Shown here: piece by piece, positions 11,977 through 22,718 of the stretch
How positions within the stretch are numbered: the first letter of the stretch is position 1
Layout of the letters: every line of letters begins with the position of its first letter
Source: Mantamonas sphyraenae STR306
Taxonomy: Eukaryota; Protista; CRuMs
Assembly: GCA_026936335.1 (NCBI GenBank)
Contig: JAPMXV010000024.1
Location: forward strand, 1 to 64,000
Direction of reading: 5' to 3'
DNA: 64,000 nucleotides
Notes under the pieces: generated by a model
Databases searched by the model: none
What the model saw: the letters and a program-made list of their open reading frames with translations, nothing else
Told to the model about the DNA's origin: nothing
Program-made: the position numbers and the translations under genes

Positions 11977-12653
11977 ATGTGCGAGACAAACGCGATTGCG
12001 GAGAACAATCGTGGTGTGCAGCACTACGAAGCGGGAGATTACCAGAAAGCCGTGGAGTGCTTCGATAGGGCACTGGAGATTGATGCTGGGGATAAGGTGG
12101 CTTGGAACAACAAATGTCATGCGCTGAAGGGACTGGGCAAGTACGCAGAGGCGATTGAGTGCTTCGACAAGGCGCTGGAGATTGATGCTGAGTTCAAGTG
12201 GGCTTGGAACAACAAAGCGCTTGCGCTGAACAACCTGGGCAAGTATGCAGAGGCGATTGAGTGCTGCGACAGGGCGCTGGAGATCGATGCTGGAATCAAG
12301 GAGGTTTGGAGCAACAAGGGGAGCGCCCTGTACAGTCTGGGCAGGTACAAAGAGGCCATGGAGTGCTACAACAGGGTGGCAGAGGCCCATTCTTTGTACA
12401 AGCAGGCGTGGAACAGCAAAGGAAGTGTTCTGTACAATCTGGGCAAGTACAGTAGGATGGGTCAAGCTCCAAAGCACGGTCAAAGCACGCAATGGCTTCC
12501 TCCTTCCTACCCAGTGCACTCAACGCGCAGCCCTTGTGGTGAAGCGGGTATGGATACCTGGGATCAAGCTCCAGTGCCCTGTCCACGCAACTCAGAGCCT
12601 CTTCGTACTTGTATGCAGAGGCCCAAGATGCCAAGAACGCGTGTGCAAGGTGA
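11977..12653 (+). CDS. TPR-repeat protein interrupted by an internal inversion (~12452-12611); pseudogene or spliced variant
   Basis: AWNNKxxALxxLGKYAEAIECFDKALEID repeats up to 12450. The next TPR units lie on the minus strand. The C-terminal cap (YAEAQDAKNACAR*) resumes on the plus strand at 12612. Confidence 0.75.
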
Positions 12654-12734
12654 GCAGACGAGAAGAAGAGGGATGCATGAGGGAGTGGGGTGTGCTGTGA
12701 GGTACAGCGTCGAGGGAACCATTCGAAATGAAGC

Positions 12735-13631
12735 ATGTCCACAGCAGAGAGTGCAGTGGACGATTTCAACCTTGGCGTGAAGCATCAGGAAGAAGGCAAA
12801 CATGAAAAGGCGGTCATGTGTTTCAACAGGGCGCTGCAGAAGGATGGCAGCTTCAAGGAAGCGCTTTTCGGAAAAGGGCGGGCTCTGGACAGCCTTGGCC
12901 AGCACAACGAGGCGATGTTGTGCTACGAGGGTGCGTTGGAGATTGACAGTCGATTCAAGGAGGCATGGTTCACCAAAGGATATGTGCTGGACAGCGTAGG
13001 CGAGTACGACGAGGCGATTGAGTGCTACGACAGGGCGTTGGAGGTCGACAACGAGTATGCACAGGCATTGCATGGCAAAGGGTACGCACTCTACTGCAGA
13101 GGTGACTACGAGAAGGCAGTTGAATGCTTCGACATGGCACTCAAAGTGAATGCGAACGACCCAGGCACACTGTACAATCGTGCCAGCGCGTTGGACTGCC
13201 TGGGGAAGCACGACGAGGCGATTGCGTGCTACGAGTGTGCACTGGAGTTGGATTCCGAGTTTGCAAAGGCATGGAACGGCAAGGGGTACGTGCTGGACAG
13301 CATGGGCAAGTACGCGGAGGCGATCGCTTGCTACGACAGGGCGCTGGAGATCGACCCGAGTGACGAGGGCACGTGGAGCAACAAGGGCTGTGCATTGTAC
13401 GAGTTGGGCGAGTACGTTGAGGCCATCGAGAGCTGTGATCGGGCGGTTGAGATCAACAAAGAGTTTGCCAACCCGCACACGCACAAAGGACGAGCTCTGT
13501 GTGCACTGGGCAGGCATGAGGAGGCAATGATATGTTTCAACCAAGCCATTGCCCTCCTCCCTTCGTATTCATCTGCCATCGAAGGACGGGATGCCTGTGC
13601 GAATCACGCCCAGTCTCGTTCTTCAAGCTAG
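12735..13631 (+). CDS. Intronless TPR-repeat protein (~8 TPRs), tandem paralogue of the upstream TPR gene
   Basis: 34-aa periodic AWxxKGxxLxxLGxYxEAIxCYDRALEID units. Confidence 0.92.
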   Translation: MSTAESAVDDFNLGVKHQEEGKHEKAVMCFNRALQKDGSFKEALFGKGRALDSLGQHNEAMLCYEGALEIDSRFKEAWFTKGYVLDSVGEYDEAIECYDRALEVDNEYAQALHGKGYALYCRGDYEKAVECFDMALKVNANDPGTLYNRASALDCLGKHDEAIACYECALELDSEFAKAWNGKGYVLDSMGKYAEAIACYDRALEIDPSDEGTWSNKGCALYELGEYVEAIESCDRAVEINKEFANPHTHKGRALCALGRHEEAMICFNQAIALLPSYSSAIEGRDACANHAQSRSSS

Positions 13632-14000
13632 GAAGCCACGATGGCCTACTGCCAAATGTATGCATCCGGTCTCAGTCCATCCTCCTCCACTTCTTCAATC
13701 AATCCCACCTCTGGTGACGAATCGCGACAGGACGACACAGGAGCACGGTGGGAGAACAACGAGGTCGTTTGCGCCGCCGCAACATACCAAGTGCCCCACA
13801 CACACCTCCTTCTTTCCCTACACTACCCTCGTCCACTTATATGTATGCCCACTCCCAGTGCAGCAATTCTGTCCCTGACCCACGCAATGCGCTTGCGCAC
13901 ACAAGTCAACCCTCCTGCACACATCCATTCCTGATTCCTGCGAAAGTCGATGCGTGTGCACCCGTCGCCGCAACACAACCCGTTGGGTGCAGAAGTTTCC

Positions 14001-17000
14001 ATGTCCATTCACACGGAGCACACCCATGTTGAGAGCCAGGAGCCCAACGTGCGGTTTATCCATCATGTGGTGCACGACAGCCCCGGCAAAGTGGTCAGCG
14101 TATGTCTTGTTGTCAGTTTGGTGCTCATTGCAGTGCCTTGGGTCGTGGCACCGCTCGAGTTTTCCGAGATTGGCTCTTTCTACGCCCGTAGCGATCGTGT
14201 CGCCGGTGAGTTTTTGCCCCGTTGTCGCATTTCATTGAACCCTCGTGGATGCGCATGATCCCACGCGTGCATTGTACATGTGGATCGCAGTGCGTGAGAA
14301 ACGTGCGCCGTGGGACGGTGTCGACGGTGGGACGGGCAACGGTGGGAAAGCGTGCAGCGTTTCGCCCAGGGACGCACGCACAGCGGCACAGCCCGATGCT
14401 GACACTGACACCATGGCACAGAGGAGTACGATGCGTTTCGTTCACTGGATCAATTCAAGCAGGAAGAGCAATCGGGCAACGACGTGCAAGCGCAGCAGAG
14501 CCAACCTCTAGGAGGCGTCTCCCTCATCTACATGGTGCCAGAGACAACGGAAGGCAACCGCAACATCTTTACTGCGGCACGGTTGGACAAGATCCGTGCG
14601 CTGGAGGCTAGGTTGCAGGCAGTGCAAGAGTGGACAGGGACATGTTTGCGTGCGTCGGGTTCAAACGTGTCGACGACGACGACGGCGACGGCGTGTGCGA
14701 AACCCATCTCGCCTGTGGAATCGCTGGGCTTCTACGACGCCAATGGCACGCAAGTGGACGTGCAAGCGCGTTTGCAGATGCTCGCAAGTCTGTCGGATGC
14801 GCAGCTGGACGCGCAGGGAGCGTCGTTTTTCTTTGACACGTCGTTCGGCAGCGGATCCGCGCAGTCGCTGTACACACGCAGCCAGTTTGTGTTTGGAGGC
14901 CCTTTGAAGGGGTACAAGAATGTGGTGGACCAACGCAAGGCCATCGAGCAGCGCACAAAGCTGGAACCGATCGGACGCCGCTGGCACGCCATCCTGTCGC
15001 CGTACCGCAACGACTCGACAGACAGCAAGGGTGACCCAGACCTGCAGGTTTTGTACATGGGCGACCATGTGACGGACTTGCAGATTGACCACATTGTGAC
15101 GACGGATCTGACGCTGTTTTCGCTTGCGGTGGTGCTTGTGTTGTCCATCATTGTGGTGCACACAGGCAGCCAGTTCCTGGGCATCATGAGCATCCTGCAC
15201 ATTGTGGGTTCGGCTTTGGTTGCATTGAGCTTCTATCGCATCTTCTATAGCGTGATGACGCAACAGAACCTGCTGGCATTGTTTGTGGTGCTGGGCATCG
15301 GCGCAAATGACGTGTTTGTGTACAAAGATGCGTGGATGCAGTCATACCAGGCCGGTGCACATGCCAACGCAAACATGTTGAATCGCATTGCGTGGACGTG
15401 GAACCGCAGCGTGACGGCAATGCTCACAACGTCGCTGACGAGTGCCGCTGCATTCATGAGCACCGTGTTCAACCCGATCCCGTCCATCCGTGTGCTCGGC
15501 GTATACACGGCCATGTGCATTCTGGTCAACTTTGCCCTGGTCATCACGTACTTCCCTGCCGTCGTGGTGCTGTGGTCGCGCAAGGGCTGGGACAGCCAAT
15601 GCTGCGGCAAAGAGCGCGAAGGCCCCGAGGAGCGTGCGACACGGCTCAAAAATGTGCCTGAGCACGAACTGGACAAAGAGGCGGCGTACGACATGCCCGC
15701 ACAATGCGGAGGTGCAACCCAGAGGCACACACAGAAGCGTGTGGTGCGCGAAAGCCGGCGCATCGAGCAATTCTTCCACGGCACGTACACGCCGTGGCTG
15801 TACAGGTCAAGGTGGGCAGTGGTTGCAGTGTCGCTGGCGTTGGTTGTGGCCGGCACGGTCCTTGCGTCGACAATCCAGGTGAACGACAGCGACGAGGATC
15901 CGTTTTTCCCCAGGGAGTTCTTCACGTCTGTGTTTGCGCGCATCATGTCAAAGGGGTTCCGGTTGTCGTCTCAGTCGGAGGTGGTGCAAGTGAACACGGT
16001 GTATGGCGTGGCCGGAATCGACCGCTCGGGCATCGATCCGAACGACCAAGAGTTGCTGGGCACGCCTGTGTTCCAGACTCAGGCCAAGTTTGCCCTGCAG
16101 AGCCCTGCCTCGCAGTTGGAGGTTCTCAAGACATGCACAGAGGGCGCAAAGTTGACGATGGTGCGCCAGGGCCAGGTGGAGTGTTTCATGGAGGATTTCC
16201 GCACGTTTGTGCAGGCATCCAATGGCACGTTTCCTGTGCCCGAGAACGCCTTTGTGGCCAGGCTGCAAGCGTTTCTGAACGACAACAAATGGTCCAACGT
16301 GCACGGCAAGAATGTGGACGTGAAGGACGGCCGTGTGCGATTTGCTGTGGTGCGTTTCAACACGACGATGCCGTTGCAGCCGTCGTTTTCGCGCAAGCAG
16401 CAAGAATACGCGCTGTGGTCGACATTCCAAGACGCACGCAACGCAGACGCACGCGAGACGGCCAATGCGTACCAGACGTCGAGTGTGTGGTCGAGCATGC
16501 GCACGCAGGAGGTGCTGGTGGAGAATGCACTTGTGGGTGCGCTTGTCTCGTTGGCGCTGGCCTTTGTGGTGCTCACGGTGGTGTCGTCCAACGTGATCAT
16601 TGCGGTGTTGGCCACCGTCAGCATTGCCTGTGTCCTCGTTTGCATTCTGGGCTTCATCCCGCTGGCCGGTTTCACCCTGGGTTTCATGGAGAGCATCTGC
16701 ATCACCGTCCTCGTCGGCCTCAGCGTCGACTTTGTGGTCCATTTGGCCATTGCGTACCGTGACTCGCCTCGTGTCACGCGCTACGAACGTGTGCAGGATG
16801 CCTTTACGGAGCTGGGGGTGTCCATTGTGGGCGGCGCCTTGACGACCGTGTCCACCACCACCACCCTGTTCTTCACCACGGTGGTCCTGCTGCTTCGCTT
16901 CGGTCAGATCATCCTCGTGGCCATCGCCCTGAGCTTTTTCTTTGCCAATGGCCTGTTTATGGCCCTCATGCTCATGGTCGGACCCGAAGGCGACGCCGGC

Positions 17001-17090
17001 GAGCTCAAACCCCTCTTTCGCCGATTGGTGGGCAGCAGAGGGGAGCAACACAGGCGACGAAGCAAGCATGTGCAGGAGGGAGAGGCATGA
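14001..17090 (+). CDS. Dispatched/Patched-family RND transporter with sterol-sensing domain, 2 exons (14001-14205, 14422-17090)
   Basis: Two-fold TM architecture with large luminal loops; GIGANDVFV, AMLTTSLTSAAAF and VGLSVDFVVH motifs; GT-AG intron keeps the frame. Confidence 0.88.
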
Positions 17091-17181
17091 GACGGGTTGG
17101 GGGGGGGTACAGTACAATGTGTGATGCAAGTGGGAATGGAGAACGATGACCATCCGTTGCCGCCACCAATCCATCCATCCC

Positions 17182-19122
17182 ATGCTGCACCGAGTGCGTC
17201 TGGTGGACACAGAGGACGGTGCGTCGAAAGCCAGGGTGGTGGAGGAGCAAGGGGCAGAGGTGCACGACGTGGGGCTGCACGCAGACGACCCGGAGGCATT
17301 CCAACCAGGCGTGGTGATCGGACGGACGACACTGGGAATCAAGGATGCCAAGGTGTCGCGTGAACATGCACGTTTGACACTGCACCAGGAAGAGGGGACG
17401 TCACAGAGCAGCGACACGGGCAGCAGCGGGTCGGCGAGGCTGCAAATCGCCGTGGAAGCGCTGGGAATGAACCCCATGGGCGTGTGGCGAGTGCGTACAG
17501 ACACACAGGGCCAACCCAGGTTGTCGCACGCCATGCTGTCCCGTGGTGAACGCACAGTGCTGGACACAGGCGATGTCGTGTCGCTTCTTCCGCTGCAGCA
17601 TGCCTTTCGCATCGACATCACCATGCAACCGTCGCAGGGCAGCCACAGCGACGCCTCGCTGGGGGAGGATAACCCTGAGGAGGCGGACGCAGGCGGCGCA
17701 GGCTCACGTGGCGAGAAGCGAGGGCGTGAGGAGGAGCGAGAGGAGGCGGAGGAGGAGGAGGAGGAGGAACAACACGAACGCAAGCGCAGCCGCGTGGAAT
17801 CGCAAGAATCGAGCTTGAGCTCTGGACTGGGCACGCCACTGTCACAGAGTAGCAGCCAGAGTCTGTGTGAGACCTCGCTTGCATTCCCATCCATCAGCAC
17901 GAGCGTGTTTCAGTTTCCAATCAACGATGCAGCAGCCATCCTGGTCGACGAGGTGGCACAGTTTCTGGGAAAACACGGCAACGGCAACCTGCGTCTGTAT
18001 CTGGTGGACATGAAGCACAGTGGGATGCTGAGACGTGTGGAGGAGCTGTGGGAGGCCAACGTTGGAGACAACCGCTTCCAGACTCTGGTGGCAGACATTA
18101 CACAGCTCAACACGGCCCACAGTCAACCATGCGCCACAATTGTAAACTCAACCAACTGGCGCTTCCACCCGGGCGGCTCTGGTGTGAACAAGGCGATCCA
18201 CACGGCAGCTGGGAGCGAGTTTTCACGCCGCACGCGCGAGCTGCACCATACAGCAGTCGCAGGACGGGTGTACCCTGTGCCTGTGCCTACATCCTCACCT
18301 CTGTACATTCAAGAGGGTGTGCGACGCGTGCTGCATGTGCTAGGACCGAACCTGAACACGCAGCGGCCCCAGTGTTTGGCAGACGACATCCCAACGGCCC
18401 ACCGTCTGTTGCACTCTTACTACGCGTCCATGTTGACCGAATGGTACAAAGACATTGACACGAGTGGCGCAGGAGAGGAGAAGGAGGGCACTGGAGGCAA
18501 GAGCAACTCCTTGTCCTCAAGCAGCGGTGGTGAGGAGACTCCAACCGCGAACAAAGGCAAAAGCAGCGCAGGGCCTGCGTGGAAGAGGGAGCTGCTGGCG
18601 TATGTTCTGCACCCGGAAAAGCACACGGATGTGGTTGTGCACCACGATGATCAGGTGACGGTGATCCACGACAAGTTTCCAAAGGCGCGTTTGCACATGC
18701 TGGTGATGCCGAACGAGGAGTTGGACAGCGTGGAGGACCTGGGACGCAAGCACGTGGCACTGCTGGACCACATGCTGGCAATTGGCAAGGAGCAGGGAGA
18801 CAAGTTTACCGCACGCACAGGGATCCCCGTGCGCATGGGTTTCCACGCAATCCCTAGCATGCAGCATCTGCACATGCATGTGATCTCGCAGGACTTTGCC
18901 TCGCCCTGCATGAAGACAAAGCGGCACTGGAATTCGTTCACCACAGAGTTCTTCCTTGATGCGGCCGAGGTTCGTGCTTCTCTCGAACAGGATGGAGGGA
19001 TTTCCATCCACAAGCCACACTTCCAGCCCATGGAGAAGCGGGATTTGGTCTGCCATCGCTGTGGGGAAGCGCTGAAGAACATGCCCACACTCAAACAGCA
19101 CATTGCAGAGTGCAAGGTGTGA
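17182..19122 (+). CDS. APTX: Aprataxin-like protein: FHA + macro domain + HIT + C-terminal zinc finger
   Basis: FHA: IGR...LGIKDAKVSREHA...LGMNP. Macro: IVNSTNWRFHPGGSGVNKAIHTAAG. HIT: HDKFPKARLHMLVMP, GFHAIPSMQHLHMHVISQDF, KRHWNSF. Zinc finger: CHRC...LKQHIAEC. Confidence 0.92.
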   Translation: MLHRVRLVDTEDGASKARVVEEQGAEVHDVGLHADDPEAFQPGVVIGRTTLGIKDAKVSREHARLTLHQEEGTSQSSDTGSSGSARLQIAVEALGMNPMGVWRVRTDTQGQPRLSHAMLSRGERTVLDTGDVVSLLPLQHAFRIDITMQPSQGSHSDASLGEDNPEEADAGGAGSRGEKRGREEEREEAEEEEEEEQHERKRSRVESQESSLSSGLGTPLSQSSSQSLCETSLAFPSISTSVFQFPINDAAAILVDEVAQFLGKHGNGNLRLYLVDMKHSGMLRRVEELWEANVGDNRFQTLVADITQLNTAHSQPCATIVNSTNWRFHPGGSGVNKAIHTAAGSEFSRRTRELHHTAVAGRVYPVPVPTSSPLYIQEGVRRVLHVLGPNLNTQRPQCLADDIPTAHRLLHSYYASMLTEWYKDIDTSGAGEEKEGTGGKSNSLSSSSGGEETPTANKGKSSAGPAWKRELLAYVLHPEKHTDVVVHHDDQVTVIHDKFPKARLHMLVMPNEELDSVEDLGRKHVALLDHMLAIGKEQGDKFTARTGIPVRMGFHAIPSMQHLHMHVISQDFASPCMKTKRHWNSFTTEFFLDAAEVRASLEQDGGISIHKPHFQPMEKRDLVCHRCGEALKNMPTLKQHIAECKV

Positions 19123-19206
19123 ACTCGCTGGTCGCAGACATTGCCCGTACACCACTGCGCCGCCTTTCTTATACGTTCTGCAATGGCGGCGTTTAGCAGA
19201 CACCTA

Positions 19207-19331
19207 GCACGGATGGCCGAGTGGTCTAAGGCGTTTGACTCAAGCGAAAGCTTACCTGCGAATGTGGGTACAAGTCAACAGAGTGTTCAAATATACGTAT
19301 GTATGCGTGGGTTCGAATCCCACTTCGTGCA
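19207..19331 (+). tRNA. tRNA-Leu(CAA) with 41-nt intron at canonical 37/38 (19245-19285)
   Basis: Same acceptor, D and T arms as the 11554 tRNA; anticodon stem TTTGA/TCAAA around CT-CAA-G; C32 pairs with the antepenultimate intron G; oligo-T terminator follows. Confidence 0.95.
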
Positions 19332-19558
19332 ATTTGTGTCTTTTTTTTTCTCATGCATCCAAAGCCCTATGGCCACAACGCATGCAGGTGTGTCCATGTG
19401 TCCATGTGTCCTACGCATCTGGTGGTTCAGATGCTGCAGCGCCAAGGCAAAGTTGAGGCGACGGATTCCACGCGGAGATCCGCTGAGCCCAGATCTTGCC
19501 CACAGCCATGCCAACAGAACCAATCGGGTGTTTATCATCTTTTTGTGTTTGGTGGTTT

Positions 19559-19614
19559 GTTTTGCTCTTTAGAAAAGAATGGTTGTGGCATTATTTGTTT
19601 TTGAATGCCAGGTT
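19559..19614 (-). promoter_or_regulatory. Conserved histone 3' element (H3 copy): variant stem-loop + HDE-like box
   Basis: Sense: AACC-TGGCATT-CAAAAACAAAT-AATGCCA-CAACCATTCTTTTCT-AAAGAG-CAAAAC; shared with H4, H2A and H2B. Confidence 0.85.
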
Positions 19615-19758
19615 GTTGTTTGTAGTTTGTTTGGCGAGGGTGCGGCTCCGACGTGCGTGGCTGGGTGGACGACTGCAGGGCTTTGCCCTCGTCCTTCCAC
19701 ACCATCCACCACTCCGCCGTCACCAAAATGCACACACTCGCGAGGCCAGGCCGGGCGC

Positions 19759-20175
<417 letters not shown>

Positions 20176-20470
20176 TTAGTGTTCTACGGGTTGTAGTTGT
20201 CTTGGGTCGGTTGGAGGAAAGCGCGCGCATCCGAGTATGTATCCCCACGACTGCTAATTTTGGCAGGTCGAGAGCAAACTGGGTCCCAAATTTGGTCGAC
20301 CACCGCCTGTGTTCTCACCCGCCGTCTGGGTACACATGCATGCAGGCATGTGCACACATCCACACATCCGGATACCCTGCATCATGTGCACTAACCACCC
20401 ATACCATCACTCCCATGCCCCCTCCATGTCCCCTCCGCTCACAATCCCGCCTCCCAGAATCCACACCTGA

Positions 20471-20848
<378 letters not shown>

Positions 20849-20905
20849 ACTGCTTGCCCACGTGCAGCAGCTACAGCTCTTGGTTGTTTCAACCACACAC
20901 AAAAA

Positions 20906-20962
20906 AACCTGGCATTCAAACACAAATAATGCCACACCCCATTCTTTTCTAAGGAGGAAAAC
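20906..20962 (+). promoter_or_regulatory. Conserved histone 3' element (H4 copy)
   Basis: AACC-TGGCATT-CAAACACAAAT-AATGCCA-CACCCCATTCTTTTCT-AAGGAG-GAAAAC. Confidence 0.85.
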
Positions 20963-21283
20963 AACCCACAACGAGAGTGAAAGAGAGATAAAAACAATGA
21001 TTTCAGCGAGGGGAAGGAGGAGGAGGAGACGGAGTGAGGATGCATGTCCACGTCTGCCTTGTGCATTACTTCCCTACCTCTCTTCCACGTGTTCACCGTG
21101 TCTTCCTGTGCACATCCCTGCGGCCGTGCACAATCTTTGCATCACCACCAGCCACTTCGCACACCAATCCCAACAACCACCTCGCCCCATCAACACAACA
21201 AACAAACATCCTCCTCCAACCACACACCCCCCCCCTCTCTCCCTCTCTCCAATCATCAGTTTTTATCCCTTTCACGCGTTCTT

Positions 21284-21341
21284 GTTTTTCCTCCTTAGAA
21301 AAGAGTGGGTTGTGGCATTATTTGTTTTTGAATGCCAGGTT
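21284..21341 (-). promoter_or_regulatory. Conserved histone 3' element (H2A copy)
   Basis: Sense: AACC-TGGCATT-CAAAAACAAAT-AATGCCA-CAACCCACTCTTTTCT-AAGGAG-GAAAAAC. Confidence 0.85.
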
Positions 21342-21530
21342 TTTTGCGTTGGTTTGCTGTGGTAGCATGTATGTGCCTTCCTCTGTGCCAGAACGCCAGG
21401 GACCGCCTGTAGACGCCGCTGAGCTTTGCCAGCAGATCGCCCCAGCCGCCCCGTTTGTCCTTTCAAACCACCTGCCGCTGTACACAGCTGCAGATGGCCC
21501 GCATCAGAGTCCGTTCACACCTGTGCCGAT

Positions 21531-21899
21531 TTACTCGTCCTTCTTGGTCTTGGACGGCAGGAGCACGGCGTGGATGTTGGGCAGCACACCACCCTGAGCG
21601 ATGGTCACGTCGCCCAGCAGCTTGTTCAGCTCCTCGTCGTTGCGCACAGCCAGCTGGATGTGGCGCGGCACAATACGCTTGCGCTTGTTGTCTCGCGAAG
21701 CGTTGCCAGCCAGCTCCAGGATCTCAGCCGTCAGGTACTCCAGCACAGCGGCCAGGTACACGGGGGCGCCAGCGCCGATGCGCGCGGCGAAGCGGCCGTT
21801 GCGCAGGTGGCGGTGCACACGACCGACCGGGAACTGCAGACCAGCCTTGCTGGAACGCGAGCGGCCTTGAGCCGCAGCCTTGGAAGTCTTCTTTGCCAT
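21531..21899 (-). CDS. H2A: Histone H2A
   Basis: [17 protein letters not shown]...[12 protein letters not shown]...[16 protein letters not shown]; no C-terminal SQ motif. Confidence 0.99.
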   Translation of the reverse strand: MAKKTSKAAAQGRSRSSKAGLQFPVGRVHRHLRNGRFAARIGAGAPVYLAAVLEYLTAEILELAGNASRDNKRKRIVPRHIQLAVRNDEELNKLLGDVTIAQGGVLPNIHAVLLPSKTKKDE

Positions 21900-22257
21900 T
21901 ATGTAGGTTGTTGAAACGGGTAGGTTTGGGTTGGAACGTGCGGCGCCTGGCTGGTTCATCGCGTATTTGTACACCTGGAAATCTGCGTGTGCGGTGGGCT
22001 GTCCAAAACGGGAATCCCGCCATCCTCGCTTTCCTCCCGCACGCCCTTCACACGCGTTCCCACCTCCCACACACACCCATCCTACCTACAACACATCCCA
22101 TACCACCCCATGCACCCCTTCACACAGTCATCATACCCGCACACATCCCACGGTGAAGTTCCTGCACTGGCGGTGGGTGCAAGTATACTAGTACCGATGC
22201 GCGCCAAAAGCCCCACACCGCCCAACCCATCCCCAACAAGGAACACTACCCATCAAA

Positions 22258-22596
22258 ATGGCAAAGAAGGCAGGCAAGTCTGTACGAAAGAACGACGACA
22301 GCAAGCGTCGCAAGCGCCGCGTGGAGACCTACTCCTCGTACATCTACAAGGTGCTGAAGCAGGTGCACCCGGACACCGGTATCTCCAACCGCGCCATGTC
22401 CATCATGAACTCGTTCATCAACGACACCTTTGAGCGCATCGCCAACGAGGCTTCTCGTCTGGCCAAGGCCAACCGCAAGAGCACCATCTCGAGCCGAGAG
22501 ATCCAGACCGCTGTGCGTCTGCTCCTCCCGGGAGAGCTGGCCAAGCACGCCGTCAGCGAGGGCACCAAGGCCGTCACCAAGTACACCCAGGCATAA
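22258..22596 (+). CDS. H2B: Histone H2B (short N-terminal tail)
   Basis: [21 protein letters not shown]...[30 protein letters not shown]. Confidence 0.99.
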   Translation: MAKKAGKSVRKNDDSKRRKRRVETYSSYIYKVLKQVHPDTGISNRAMSIMNSFINDTFERIANEASRLAKANRKSTISSREIQTAVRLLLPGELAKHAVSEGTKAVTKYTQA

Positions 22597-22718
22597 ACAG
22601 CTTGTTGGTGTGTGAGGACCAGTGACCTGTATTGCACGGCCACTGCGACGCACCTACCCTCGTGCAACGGAGGCGGGTGAACAACAACATCCGCCCTCGC
22701 GGCACACAAAAACCCAAA

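Noticed and set aside
19251-19258. CTTACCTG (U1 snRNA 5'-end-like) inside the tRNA-Leu(CAA) intron
   Set aside because: Only 8 nt, part of the intron hairpin, and no U1 stem-loops or Sm site follow.
20872-20881. TACAGCTCTT in the H4 3' UTR and AATTTGTGTC after tRNA-Leu(CAA), resembling fragments of vertebrate U7
   Set aside because: Short isolated matches at separate places; no HDE-complement + Sm site + hairpin arrangement, so no U7 gene is called in this window.
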